A stretch of DNA of 64,000 bases from Octopus sinensis (GCF_006345805.1 NC_042998.1:45818001-45882000), one strand, 5' to 3'. Numbered from the stretch's first letter, positions 11,947-26,155 are shown. The notes: generated from the letters alone by a model not told the origin. A program made the numbers and translations.

Positions 11947-13205
11947 ATGTATCGTACTCACATTGCACAGCAGCTGCCAGATCTCAACGAGAAGACTGAG
12001 AGGTTCCAGCAGTTTATCATCAACCTACGTAAACAGCATCAGTACCCTCTGATCTGCATCGTCAACGCAGACCAGATTCCCCTCAAGTTCCATCTTCCGA
12101 TGGCGAGAACTGTTGGTGAGAAGGGGAAGAAGACAGTGGAAATCGTCACGACGGGTCACGAGAAGGACTGTTTTATGGTGATGCTGGCTTGCACGGTTGA
12201 CGGAGGAAAGCTGTCAATGTACATCGTCTTCAAGAGGAAAACATCACCCAAAAACGCCAAGTTTCCAGAAGGGATCATCGTTCGAGCCCAAGCGAAAGGC
12301 TGGATGGACAAGGCACTCATCGAAGACTGGCTTCGAGTAGTGTGGGGGCGGCACATCAGTGGACTGCATCAGAGAAGGATTCTCCTGCTTCTGGAGGCAT
12401 TCAGATGCCACAAGTCAGAAGAAACCAAGACAAAGATACGTCGTCTGAACCTCGACGTGGCAATGATCTCCGGGGGAATGACATCCCTTCTTCAACCTTT
12501 TGATGTTGCAATCAACAAACCGTCTCAAGCACTGCTGGGAGGATTGGATGGCCAATGCACCGAAGGAGACGACAAAGACCAGGCGCACGAAGAAAGTCGA
12601 CTTGGGGACGATCTGCAAGTGGATCCTGAAGGTTTGGAAGGAGATTCCAGAAGATATCCTCAAGCGGGATTTCCTGAAGTGCGCCATATCCAACGCGCTC
12701 GATGGCACAGAAGATGACATTTTGTGGGAAGACAACGCCATCGCTTCCGACTCTTCTGACTCCAGATTGGACGAGGAAGAACTGTCATATGCAGACAATC
12801 AACCCCACGAGGTCTTCAACAGGTCGTCTGACGACGAAAAGTTCTTAGGCCTTAAGTGAAGTCTCTACCAATTAGGGTCGGTCCTTTTTAGGACCACACA
12901 TTTTAAAGAAAGAATATAAAAATCACAATATGAATAAATCATATAAGCACACACATAATAAAAAGACGTTCTCTTATTATCTCTTGCATTTAAAACCTGG
13001 ACTTCATCTTCTTCCATTAATAATTATGAATATCAATGATTGCTGTTGGAAATGTTTGTTAAGTATAAAATCATCATGAAATTGAAGTTTGTATTCATCC
13101 CGCTTTTCTTCCTTTTTGTTAGTATAAGTTATTTTCCGGTTTCCCTCACGTTTTTCCCTCGGCGGAGACCGAAAATCGGGGGTGCGGTTTATACACGTGT
13201 AGGCT
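11947..13205 (+). mobile_element. pogo/Tigger (POGK-like, DDE_1) transposase remnant, 5'-truncated, frameshifted, with 3' subterminal region
   Basis: NADQIP, TTGHEK, VIF/IVFKRK, KGWMD, LLLEAFRCH, LQPFDVAINKP; frameshift at ~12520 into 12500..12859; subterminal GGGGTGCGGTTTATACACGTGTAGGCTTATAC at ~13180-13210. Confidence 0.85.
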
Positions 13206-15195
13206 TATACAGTACTCTACCGATAACCCATTCCTGAAGGAAGTTAAAACCCACAAACCCTATTCTCAACCGATTAATCAAACACCTAAATATCGAAACT
13301 ATACTCACCAATTTTATGAGGACAATTCAAGACTACTTCGACAACAAAATAATCCAACTAAAAGGATCGAAGTTTTCTCTTCACTGGACTGAACTTTCTC
13401 CAAAAACGAAGACATACACAACGGATAAAAAACAATTACAGTGAGAAACAACCACAATACAGAACAACAAATGGACAGAATCGATACAAAAGAGGGCAAA
13501 TTAACAGAGAAAATGTCTTCGGTAATATTAATAGTAATAAAAGGAAAACTTTGAAAAAGCGTTTTTTTAGATCCAACCGACAGAGTTCTCGACAGTAGAT
13601 GGTATAAACCAAAGATGAGAAACAGAAGATATTAGCCTATCCAAAAAACTCTTTCAGTAGAAGAAATTAATATTTTGTCAAAAGGCCTGAAATTCACCCC
13701 AACGCCACAGCACCCTAACTCCAATAAAATACAGAGTGATATTTCACAGTTCTTTAGAAAACTACGCCTAACAGAGGAAATGTCCGATAAAAAAAAACAG
13801 GGACGAATCAATTGTAGGAAACAAGAGCGATTACAAGCTTACGAAAGGTAAGAATAAAGATTTAGATAAATTTTGTGATTTTATATCTGCCATCCCTTAC
13901 AAGAACTGCCACACCCTAGAATCAAGCCCAAATACCAGTCGAAAAGAATGGAAATTATACATAAGCCGAAAAGCAATAACGACATTACAATTAAGGAAGT
14001 GCTATAGTTATGGATACTGAACTCTACAAAAGAGATATGCTATCTATATTACAAGATACGACTTACTACGAAAAGGTAAACAATTGCCAAAAATCAAAGA
14101 TAATGACTAAACTGAACACACTCATTCACAGACATCAAAAATGTTTAACAAACAATGAATGTGACTACCTAATCCATTTTGATTGGAAGACTAGCTACTT
14201 CTACACCCTCCCGAAAATCCAAAAGAATCAAACTATTAAGAATGCATGTAAAGAACCAACTTCAAGTAGTATAAACATACAATATCTCACCGAAATTTAA
14301 ATTTAGACGAATCGTAAGCAGGTCCGAACTTTTGAACACACAAACTCAGCATCTTCTTAGATATATTACTGAAACCTATTTTAAAATACGTACCAAGTCC
14401 TGTAAGGGACAACCTGGACCTGTTAAACAACCTCCCAAAATCTATAAACAATGATACCTTTATACCACAATGATACTCTATAAACAATGATACTCTATAC
14501 CACAATCCCACTCCATTATGGGCTAGAGGCAATAAATTTCTGGCCTGAGAAATTCCCTCATGAAATTCCAGACAGAATTGAGAAAGGTTTCATCACTGAG
14601 GATTAAAGTTCAACTCCGTAAACAACTTTTTTGACTTCGATAGCAATATTTACAAATATCTGGGACTGTGATGGGGACAAAAGTTGCTCCAACTTACGCC
14701 AATCTAGTTATGGCATACATGGCGGTCCAGATATATGAACAATCTAAATTAAAATATCGCTTGAAGTTCTACAAATATCTACTAGAAAACTGGAAACGTT
14801 TTCCTATGGACGCACACATTTGAACAACTTATAGATTTCAAAAACCTAATCAGAAGCATAAACAATGTCAACTTCACCATGGAATACGATAAAACTCATC
14901 TACCATTTCTGGACATACCAATCATCAAAGGAGATTAAACATTGAAACAGAAATTCACTACAAACAGATTCTAAACAATACTTACTGGTCTCTTCATGCC
15001 ATCCCAAACACACGAAAAATAATATTCCATTTAATCTATCAAGAAGAATTTGCTCAATCGTCTCAAACCCTGAAACTCGCAATAGAAGACTCCAGGAACT
15101 AAAACAAATACTAGTTAAAAGACAATATCCATTAATATTAATAGACAACATACAAAAGGTTCTAAATTTAACCACCTGTTCATTCCCTACAAACA
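13206..15195 (+). mobile_element. Penelope-like element reverse transcriptase, decayed; no GIY-YIG seen
   Basis: LSKGLKFTPTP (~13680), MDTELYKRDMLSILQDTTYY, YTLPKI, GTVMGTKVAPTYANLVMAY (~14660), CHPKHTKNNIPFNLSRRICSIVS (~15000); multiple frameshifts. Confidence 0.8.
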
Positions 15196-15365
15196 CTTGA
15201 CAGAAAATATTCAGAGCATTGATTGTTTGGTATTGTCAGTAGACATGTTCAGTCAACCGTGTCAGCTTTAACTTACGATGCCAAGCATTGTCACTTGATA
15301 CTAACACACAGACGTAGCGAGGAACCTACAAAAATTTCTTAGACCGGTCATGTGACTATCCTCTA

Positions 15366-15421
15366 CCAATCAAGTCCTATTCAAAGCATATACTAATTTC
15401 AGCTATGAACTCCCTATAAAA
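15366..15421 (+). promoter_or_regulatory. CCAAT + TATA promoter-like motifs in the segment after the Penelope RT
   Basis: CCAAT at 15366-70 and TATAAA at 15415-20. Confidence 0.3.
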
Positions 15422-15450
15422 ATAGGGCAAGCTTCAAACACTAGTTTGTA

Positions 15451-15781
15451 ATTAAAGTTTGTATTTATCCCGTATTTCTTCCTTTTCATTAGCCCAGGTT
15501 ATTTCCCGGTTTCTCCCACGTTTTTCCCTCGTAGGGGACCGAAAATCGGGGGTGCGGTAGGCTTATACAGTACTCTACCGCTAACCCATTCCTGAAAGAA
15601 GTTAAAACCCACAAACCCCATTTACAACCGATTAATCAAACACCTAGATATCGAAACTATACTCACCAATTTTATGAGGACAATTCAAGACTACTTCGAC
15701 AACAAAATAAGACAGGTGCGACATAAGCCACGCCTTTCTATTTCAACACTTTTGAAAATCAGTGTAAACTGTGAAACCAGT
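15451..15781 (+). repeat. Second copy of the pogo-3'-end / Penelope-5'-start junction block
   Basis: 15451-15710 matches 13081-13352; 15711-15781 is shared only with 22136-22411. Confidence 0.85.
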
Positions 15782-15924
15782 TAAATCTATAAATATAATA
15801 ATATAATAAAGTATTTTAACTATTCTCAGTGCATTTCCAACTTCTATTTTTCCTATATTTCTCTTCGTGTGGAATAAAATAACTTTGTTTTCTACACACA
15901 CACACGCCGACACAGACACACATA

Positions 15925-16375
<451 letters not shown>

Positions 16376-16471
16376 AATAATGAAGGGTGAAATTAATTAA
16401 TTTGGAAAAATTATCAATTACACCAAGTAGTCTTCGGCATGTAAAAGCCTCATTCGAGGAAAATTTAAGTA

Positions 16472-16703
16472 ATACTAAGCAATAAGGGTTTAGCAACGAG
16501 TTGCCTTACCACATACCGAATTTAGAAATAGCAGTCAAAAGGTTATAGCTATTTCTTCTACTAAAAAGGGAGATCTCAGTAAAAAGGGAGATGTTTTTAC
16601 TGAGATCTCCCTTTTTAGTAGAAGAAATAGCTATAACCCTTTGACTGCTATTTCTAAATTCGGTATGTGGTAAGGCAACTCGTTGCTAAACCCTTATTGC
16701 TTA

Positions 16704-16707
<4 letters not shown>
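16472..16707. repeat. Near-perfect palindrome, 114-bp arms, 8-nt spacer
   Basis: 16472-16585 versus 16594-16707, one mismatch. Confidence 0.95.
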
Positions 16708-16749
<42 letters not shown>

Positions 16750-17120
16750 TACGGGCTTCTTTCAGTTTCCGTCAACCAAATCCACTTACAAAGCTTTGTT
16801 CGACTTGAAGCTATAGTAGAAGACGCTTGCGCAAGGTGTCGTACAGTGGGGCTGAACCCGGAACCATGCAGGTGGGAAGCAAGCTTCTTACCACTCAGCC
16901 AACATACACACACATATATATGTATATATATATACATACATATATGTGTATGTGTGTGTATGTGTGCGAGTGTGGTTTTTGCAATTATGTTTGACGACCT
17001 GTGTTGGTTTGTTTACCTCCCTGTAACCAGCGGTTCAGCAAATGAGACAGATTAAATAAGGTATCAGACTTAAGTAAAAAAGGTACTAGGGGCAATTTGT
17101 TCGACTAAACCCTTCAAGGT
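16750..17120. mobile_element. SINE family B fragments (head on minus 16750-16900, tail on plus 16995-17120)
   Basis: Partial matches to family B. Confidence 0.7.
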
Positions 17121-17176
<56 letters not shown>

Positions 17177-17577
17177 TTAGCTAGCGGAGTGGTGTCATAC
17201 GATGACTAAAACTATGCAAAGCTCATTCTGATCAGCTTTGTGTAACATCTGATAGTCTACTCGGTCACGTGATCACGCGATATCTTACATATAAATGACA
17301 ATTTTTGTCTGTCTTTTACGACCCTGCTGCCTAAATCAGCGAACCAATATTCATGAAACTTTGCATACATGTTACACGAACATCCAGTTCAATAATAGGC
17401 TTGTTGGATTTCAAAAAATATATATATAATTGCCCCCTACTGGGGTTAGGCGAATTATATGATAAAATGAAAAGGGTGCAAAAAGTATTAGTCTGAGGGA
17501 AACGTAATAGCAGAGTGAGTGTGATTGATATCAGGGAAAGGAAGAACAGCGTTATGTAAGCAAAAAATGTGGAGTGG

Positions 17578-17639
<62 letters not shown>

Positions 17640-17685
17640 TATATATAATATATATATATATGTATATGTGTGTATATATATATAT

Positions 17686-19778
17686 ATACTTTGATACTTT
17701 GATAGGTTTCGGCCATTATTGGCCCAGGCCATGTCTAACTTAATAGCACCACCTGGTGAAGTCTTTCAAGTCAGAATTTGGGCACTATGGCCCACTCAAG
17801 TAGAGAGTTATTGTTTACAGAGACATATCCGGGTGTAGGGGGTTTATCCGGGATTTCTTGAAGGAATCTGTCCAAAGACTTCTTGAACCCTATAGGGTCA
17901 GTTTCTGTTTTAATGTGTTTTGGTGTAATGTTAAAGAGAGCGGGGTCAATTGAGGTGAAATAATTGTGCGTATTGTTGTTATGAGATGAGAGTGCGATTT
18001 TTGTTTTGGGCGGATGGCACGGGGCCCAAGCCTTGGATGTACTTTAAAGGTGATGCCAACATCATTTGGGCAATGCTGATGGAATATTTTCCACATCATG
18101 CAGATGATGTAGCGCTCACGACGACGTTGGAGAGAATAGAGTTTTAGCTTTTCTAGTCGACCCCAATAGTCGAGGCCTGTCATGCCATCTATCTTTTTTG
18201 TGATTGCCCTTTGAGGTGCTTCAACTTTTATGATACCTTGTATTGTGTGGGGAGACCACAGTGGACAACAGTATTCAAGGTGGGGTCGGGCAAAAGTGGA
18301 GAAGAGAAGGATAATGGTGTGGATATCTCTCGACTGGAAAGTTCTGAGAATCCAGGAACACATTCTGCGGGCCATGTCAACTTTGGTGTTTATATGAGTG
18401 GCCCAGCTTATGTTGTTGTCCACAATTACTCCCAGGTCTTTGATGTTGTTGGACGCCGCGAGAGTTTCACCTGAAGGAAGGGAGTATGGGAGTTTCAGGG
18501 CATCCTCTTTTCCAAAGTGGATTAGCTCAAATTTATCCTCGTTCAGCAGCATATTGTTTTTTTCTACCCATTGGATAACAGCCAGTAGATCTGACTGAAG
18601 GCATGTCCGGTCACTCGCCTCATTTATGACCTTCTGTAGTTGGAGTCATCTGCAAAGATTTTTATGTTGCTGTGCTTGATGATGTCATTAATGTCATTAA
18701 TGTAAATGATGAAAAGAAGTGGGCCCAGCACAGTGCCTTGCGGAACGCCACTACTGACTTTGGCTGGGCTTGATTTTACCCCTTCAACTACAACATGTTG
18801 AGATCTGTCTGTCAGGAAACACTTGATCCATTTCAGTAACTTTCCAGAGACACCAATGTTGGATAGTTTTTTCAATAGGATCTTGTGATCGACCCTGTCG
18901 AAGGCCTTACTGAAATCAAGGTAGATGACATCGGTGTTGGAGCCCTCTCCCAAAGCTCTCAAAATGTCCTCAAAGTGATGCAGGAGCTGCGTTAGGCAGT
19001 CCCTTCCATTACGGAACCCATGTTGGTTGGAGATCAGCCGTCTGTTGCTTTCAGAAATTGGGTTATTCGAGATCTCACCACCCTCTCAAATACCTTGATG
19101 ATATGAGAGGTGAGTGAGATCGGACGGTAATTCACTGCAAGGGACTTGTTTCCCTTTTTGAAAACTGGGACAACGACTGGGACAGAAGGTTTTTTGGAAT
19201 ATAGCCAGCATCCAGTGAGTTTCTCCACAGATTAGCAAGGGGAGATGCAAGTGATGTCGACATACCTCAGGACACAAGCAGGGAACCTATCGGGGCCTAC
19301 TGCTGAATTGTGTTTTATTTCGTTTATCGCCGCTAAGACATCAGGGGCACTAAACGTTATGTCCGATATAGTGTGTTGGGGGTTGACATCACTGATACAG
19401 CCCAGATCGGCCATATCAGGATTGCTGAAAACAGAGCAGTATTGTTTCTGCAGTATCTCGGCCATGGATTTGGCATTATCTTGGAGAGTGCAGTTTCGTC
19501 AATTAGAGGGCCTACAGTGGAGACAGTGACCCTGCGTTTCCTCGCAAATGAAAAGAACATTTGGGGTTGAGTTTGATTTTTTCAATGGCCCACTTCTCTC
19601 AGCTGATCTTTGGTTATTGATGAGGGTCTTCATGCATTGTGGAGGTTATATTTTTGGATTCAAGCAGTGCGATAGCCGTCGAATGTGTGTGTTGCTGTTG
19701 GCAGTACTTTAGTTTGTTAATTTTTTTGTTTGTTCTTTTTATTTTTCTGATATGGTTTTTCTGTTTTGGGGGATTCTG
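17686..19778 (-). mobile_element. CR1-like LINE 3' portion (RT domain), decayed, between (TA)n arrays
   Basis: VPVFKKG..NYRPISLTS, DVIYLDFSKAFDRVDH, SGVPQGTVLGPLLFIIYIND, FADD, RPHLEYCCPLWSP, YSLQRRRERY; 3' end with tandem ATCAAAGT repeats. Confidence 0.88.
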
Positions 19779-19779
19779 G

Positions 19780-19816
<37 letters not shown>

Positions 19817-19885
19817 ATATATTATATATATCTATATATATATATATATAGATATATATATAGGATATATATATATAGGATATAT

Positions 19886-19919
<34 letters not shown>

Positions 19920-20047
19920 ATATATATAGTAGATATATATATATAGTATATATATATATATATATGTATGGTATATATATATGAGATATATATATAGGTA
20001 TATATGTATAGGTATATATATATCTATATATATATATATATATATAG

Positions 20048-20088
<41 letters not shown>

Positions 20089-20092
20089 TCTG

Positions 20093-20134
<42 letters not shown>

Positions 20135-20196
20135 TATATAGTATAGAATATATATATATATTATATATGTATATATATATATATATATAATATATG

Positions 20197-20241
<45 letters not shown>

Positions 20242-20391
20242 ATATATATGTATATATATGTATATATATATGGATATATATATATGTAGATATATATATG
20301 TATATATAATATGTATATATATATCTTGTATATAGATATATTATATATGTATATATATATATGTATATATATATATATGTATATATATATG

Positions 20392-20422
<31 letters not shown>

Positions 20423-20540
20423 GTATATATAATGTATATATATATATACATATATATATTACATATATATATACATATATATATATATATATTATATATA
20501 TATATATATACATATATATTACATAATATATTATAGATAT
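19780..20540. repeat. Large degenerate (TA)n array
   Basis: Direct reading. Confidence 0.95.
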
Positions 20541-21219
20541 ACTGATTGTCCCTCTTAGCGTTTGGCATGTATGTAGAATGCCTCCTGGCATGGATGTATA
20601 ATGCCCTCTATATAAATTAATATGTTCAATAAGAAATAATTATTTTCGAAATTTTTTCTCTTATGAGGTTTTTACGCTATCTACCTGACAATTTCTTGTT
20701 AAGTTTTCCTTATTAAGTAGTTGTCCTTAATTGCTAAATTTTTATTCCGAAAAAACTTTTCCTCTCCGAAATGCAATTCGTAAAAGTTTACCATTTACCC
20801 GGATGTAATATATATAAACTTACCCATGTGCTTCGTTGATGTTGATCAGTTAGCTGATCGGCTTAAGCGAGGCAGGGTCGTTGTTTATTATAATACATTC
20901 AGGCCTGCTGATGATACGTAAGTAAGTAGAAATCACTGTGATACAGGTCTATATTTTTAATGTCTTACTTTGAAAAATTGCATTCGGTGGGATTAGTATT
21001 ATTTTTGGTAGAAATGACTGATTGTCCCTCTTAGCGTGTTGGCATGTATGTAGAATGCCTCCTGGCATGTATGTATAATGCCCTCTATATATAAATTAAT
21101 ATGTTCAATAAGAAATAATTATTTTCGAAATTTTTTTTTCTCTTATGAGGTTTTTACGCTATCTACCTGACAATTTTGTTAAGTTTTCCTTATTAAGTAG
21201 TTGCCTTAATTGCTAAATT
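20541..21219 (+). mobile_element. Retrozyme-like ~476-nt unit present as 1.4 head-to-tail copies within (TA)n
   Basis: 20541-20740 repeats at 21017-21219; the unique part between them holds the HHR; flanked by degenerate TA arrays; no ORF. Confidence 0.5.
20895..20963 (+). ncRNA. Type I hammerhead ribozyme (complete core)
   Basis: Stem I AGGCCUG(20901-07)/CAGGUCU(20944-50); CUGAUGA 20908-14; stem II UAC/GUA with GUAAGUAA loop; GAAA 20929-32; stem III AUCA(C)/(G)UGAU; AUA cleavage triplet, cut after 20943; distal helix ACAUU(20895-99)/AAUGU(20959-63). Confidence 0.8.
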
Positions 21220-21288
21220 GTATATATATATATATATTATGTATATATATATATATATATTATATATATAATGATATATATATATATG

Positions 21289-21322
<34 letters not shown>

Positions 21323-21568
21323 TATATGATATATATATATGTATATATATATTGTATATATATATATGTATTATATATAGTATATATATATATGTATATA
21401 TAGATATGTATATATATATATGTATATATATGTATATATATATATGTATATATATATATGTATATATATAGGTATATATATATAAGTATAGATATATAGA
21501 TATATATGTATATATATATATATATATGTAGATAGATATATAGAGTATATATATCTATTATATATATG

Positions 21569-21619
<51 letters not shown>

Positions 21620-21652
21620 TATATATATATGTATATATATAATATATATATG

Positions 21653-21708
<56 letters not shown>

Positions 21709-21745
21709 TGTATATATATGTATATATATATATATGTATATATAG

Positions 21746-21794
<49 letters not shown>

Positions 21795-21795
21795 G

Positions 21796-21864
<69 letters not shown>

Positions 21865-21912
21865 GTATATATATATATATTGTATATATATATATATATG
21901 TATATATATATA

Positions 21913-21997
<85 letters not shown>

Positions 21998-22075
21998 GTA
22001 TATATATAGATATATTTATTTAATATATATATTATATATATATATAGTATATAATATATATATATATATATATAG
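21220..22075. repeat. Large degenerate (TA)n / (TA)nTG array
   Basis: Direct reading. Confidence 0.95.
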
Positions 22076-22135
22076 AAATTCGGGGTGAGTACTTGATAAT
22101 TATAAGCACCTGTGTATACCGTTTGGTGGTGTAGT

Positions 22136-22411
22136 CCAGGTTATTTCCCGGTTTCCCCTCGTAGGGGACCGAAAATCGGGGGTGCGGTAGGCTTATACAG
22201 TACTCTACCGCTAACCCATTCCTGAAAGAAGTTAAAACCCACAAACCCCATTTACAACCGATTAATCAAACACCTAGATATCGAAACTATACTCACCAAT
22301 TTTATGAGGACAATTCAAAACTACTTCGACAACAAAATAAGACAGGTGCGACATAAGCCACGCCTTTCTATTTCAACACTTTTGAAAATCAGTGTAAACT
22401 GTGAAACCAGT
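22136..22411 (+). repeat. Third copy of the pogo/Penelope junction block
   Basis: Near-identical to 15494-15781 apart from a short deletion. Confidence 0.85.
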
Positions 22412-22439
22412 GAAACCATTTACTATATATATATATATA

Positions 22440-22663
22440 TATATCGTTGCTATTATGCAAAAGTATCGTAAGACCAAAACCTTTTTAGAAGCAAAACCGT
22501 TGTACTATACTTTGGCAATTTTAGTATCTTGGTATCTGAAGCAGTTGGAGATACGATTGCTTGACCAAAAGAACCGGCTATTGCAAGCAAAAATAAATAT
22601 TGAAAAAAAAAACATTTGGCTAAATTTGGACATACGACAGCTTAACATAATAGCAACGATATA
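22440..22663. mobile_element. Small MITE-like element
   Basis: TIR TATATCGTTGCTATTATG / CATAATAGCAACGATATA. Confidence 0.55.
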
Positions 22664-22929
22664 CACACACATACATTCACTGAAAAGTGGATGTTGTGTT
22701 AGAACACAGAATACTGCGATAGTTAACACGAGAGAATCCCGTGTATAATCTTTTGGTGCATATAAACACTCTTGTGTACATTGCCAGCAGGAGACAAATC
22801 ACAAGACAGTTTCTACTGCAAATGCTGGTGTATTTTCACTACCCAATTACTTCATATGTATGTGTGTGTGTATTTGTGTGTGTGTGTATGTTATGTATGT
22901 ATGTATTTATGTAAGCATGTACATGTATG

Positions 22930-23025
<96 letters not shown>

Positions 23026-23034
23026 TGTATAGAA

Positions 23035-23250
23035 AAGGCAGCGAGCGCGCCGGGCGAAATGCCTAGCTGTATTTCGTCTGTCGTTACGTTCTGAGTTCAA
23101 ATTCCGCTGAGGTGGACTTTGCCTTTCATCCTTTCGGGGTCGATAAATAAAGTGCCAGTTTTGCACTGGGGTCGGTGTAATCGACTTAATCCCTTTGTCT
23201 GTCCTTATTTGTCCCTTCTATGTTTAGCCCCTTGTGGGCAGTAAAGAAAT
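23035..23250 (+). mobile_element. SINE family A
   Basis: Same diagnostic blocks. Confidence 0.9.
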
Positions 23251-23286
23251 ATATATATATATATGTATTCATATATATTAATGTAT

Positions 23287-23343
<57 letters not shown>

Positions 23344-24065
23344 ACACACACACACACACATTATTCTCTCGCATTCCGATGCTCAACATATCTCATTCTT
23401 TGGCGCTTTAGTATTTGATCATAGATCGAATATATCATTAAAATCATTAGAATTGGTATTTTGGGGTTACACAGTAAAACCTCATGGCCTTCGGTACTAC
23501 GTTAGCTATTATATTGTTGTAATGCCCTAGTAAAATATGTCGGATGTTTCTGTGTAAGGACATGGAAACTAGTTTAATATTACCGACAAGTGTCTTAGCG
23601 GTCTTTGTAAGTGGTTTTCCAAGCATGAAAGTACGCTCGCTATCTTGTTAAAAATAAATAAATAAATAAATAAATACTTAAATAATGTTCTTGCAATGTT
23701 ATTATAGCTGATTATAATGACACGATTAACAAGCAGCAGTTCGGCGATGTTTGCAGCAGCTGGTATCTTGTTTCAGAACAAAGTGTTCGCATGCATTAAA
23801 ACGAAGGAAAGAAATTATAAAAAGTAACACGAGCAGGTGGCGTGTGTCAATAGTCACATAGATTAATAACGTCATAACGCTTAGTAATCAAGAGAAAAGG
23901 CACGGCACATGTCTCTAGAAGTCTGACGCTATTGTTCCTGTAAGTAGGGTGAGACTTAACTGAAAAACTTTCTCTTACAAAAATAATATTATGCAAGTTC
24001 ATAAACCGCAGCAAGAGCCTCAGGTTTTTGAATTGAGTTTTCAATGGAACGTAACTGCTTTGTTT

Positions 24066-24117
24066 GTATTATTATTATTATTATTATTACTATTATTATT
24101 ATTATTATTATTATTAC

Positions 24118-24151
<34 letters not shown>

Positions 24152-24203
24152 GTTTTGTTGTTGTTGTTATTATTATCATTATTATTATTTATTATTATTA
24201 TTA

Positions 24204-24253
<50 letters not shown>

Positions 24254-24439
24254 GTTAGTGGTGGTGGTGGTGGTGGTGGTGGTGGTGAGGTATTATTATA
24301 TTATTATTATTTATTATTATTATAGTGTTGTAGTAGTAGTAGTGTAGTAGTAGTGGCGGCGGCGGCAGCAGCATGCAGCAGCAGCAGTAGTAGCAGCAGG
24401 AGAAGCAGCAGCAGCAGCACAGCAATCAGCAGTAGAGTA

Positions 24440-24484
<45 letters not shown>

Positions 24485-24502
24485 CAGCAGCAGCAGCAGC
24501 AG
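24066..24502. repeat. Compound trinucleotide microsatellite (ATT/GTT/GGT/AGT/GCA)
   Basis: Direct reading. Confidence 0.95.
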
Positions 24503-24513
24503 TACCCAGATAG

Positions 24514-24900
24514 TATGGTGATCAACGAAGTCAACAAACAGTGTTTGATCCTAGATGTGGTTTGTCCTGCTGACAATAAGGTTTGTGACAATAAGAATTG
24601 AGGAAGATCGAGAGATATGAACTACTAGCATGGGAGATAAAACATTTGTAGGCAGTGGAAAAGGTTGAGGTGGTCTCGGTTGTTGTCAGGGTGCTTGGTA
24701 TTGTGAGTACCAGAATTGAAAACTATTTTTAAAAAATCGGGGACAACAACAGGGTGGGGCACTTACAGAAAACAACTCTCATTGGAACTGCTAGAATATT
24801 TTGAAATGTGCTTGACAATTGAAGGTGCTACCTCAGTCCACTGGTTGTGGACAACTGGCACCCGTATTACACCACAAGTAACAAATGCTGTGTGACAAGT
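24514..24900 (+). mobile_element. R4/Dong-like 3' fragment (decayed REL domain)
   Basis: LILDVVCPAD.., KIERYELL, LQKTTLIGTARI. Confidence 0.6.
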
Positions 24901-25122
24901 TGGATAATATTCCTTTCTGCTATAGGCACAAGGCCTGAATTTTGGGAGAGGGCGTAAGTCGATTACATCGATCCCAGTATTCTACTGGTACTTATTTTAT
25001 TGACCTCGAAAGGAAAGAAAGGCAAAGTCGACCACGGTGGAATTTGAACTCAGATACGTAAGGACGGACGAAATGCCGCTAAGCATTTTTCCCGGCGTGC
25101 TAACGATTCTGCCAGTTCCCAG
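24900..25122 (-). mobile_element. SINE family A-type, alternative tail
   Basis: Same head and core on the minus strand. Confidence 0.8.
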
Positions 25123-25152
25123 CCTCCAATAATGGTTTCAAGTTTTGGCTGG

Positions 25153-25372
<220 letters not shown>

Positions 25373-25757
25373 CATAGACGAGGGTTCTGCAATTTCTTGC
25401 TTGCTGAACAACCACAGATGATTTGTTTATAGTAATCAAGCTCACTACTTCCACCAAATCAACATTACCTGTACAGGTGCACGACGTGTCTCATGTCAGA
25501 TGACGAAATAATCGGATTTCGGCAGAATCACCATTATCATTTATGTCGCTTGAGCAGAGCCAAATTTAATCAAGGCTTTCATACTCAGCATGGATCACAA
25601 AATAATTAAACATGTATTTCAAATTTTCGTGAAATCTATTGGTGTAATTGCTTTTAGCGATGAGCCGTCAAGCTTCATATATACAAAGGGTTGGCAACAA
25701 GATGAATCACAACCCACAAGTAAGCCGCTGAAATGATCTCTGTGAACCTCAGAACTT

Positions 25758-26155
25758 TTATCTTTTACTTGTTTCAGTTATTGGACAGCGGCTATGCTGG
25801 AGCAACACTTTGAAGGATTTTGTTGAACAAATCGAAAACAGAGTATTTACGTATTTTTAAAGTTTTGTACTTATTCTATCAGTCTTTTTTGTTTTGCCCT
25901 CATTGAGATGAAAGCAAACCGATACCGATGGGGTGGGGATACAAATGCAATCACAAAAATATACACATATATACGACGGGTTTCCACACAGTCTTTGTTA
26001 AGATAATTCACTCGTAAGTCGTTGGTCGACCCAAGGCTATAGAAAAAGGTGCAGCACATTGGAACTGAACTCAACATCATGTGGCTGCAAAAGGAGCTTC
26101 TTAACCGCTCAGCTATGCTTGTGCCTAAACTTTTTAAATAATTTAATTGATGTAT
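25758..26155 (-). mobile_element. SINE family B, diverged
   Basis: Tail, microsatellite and head remnants. Confidence 0.7.
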
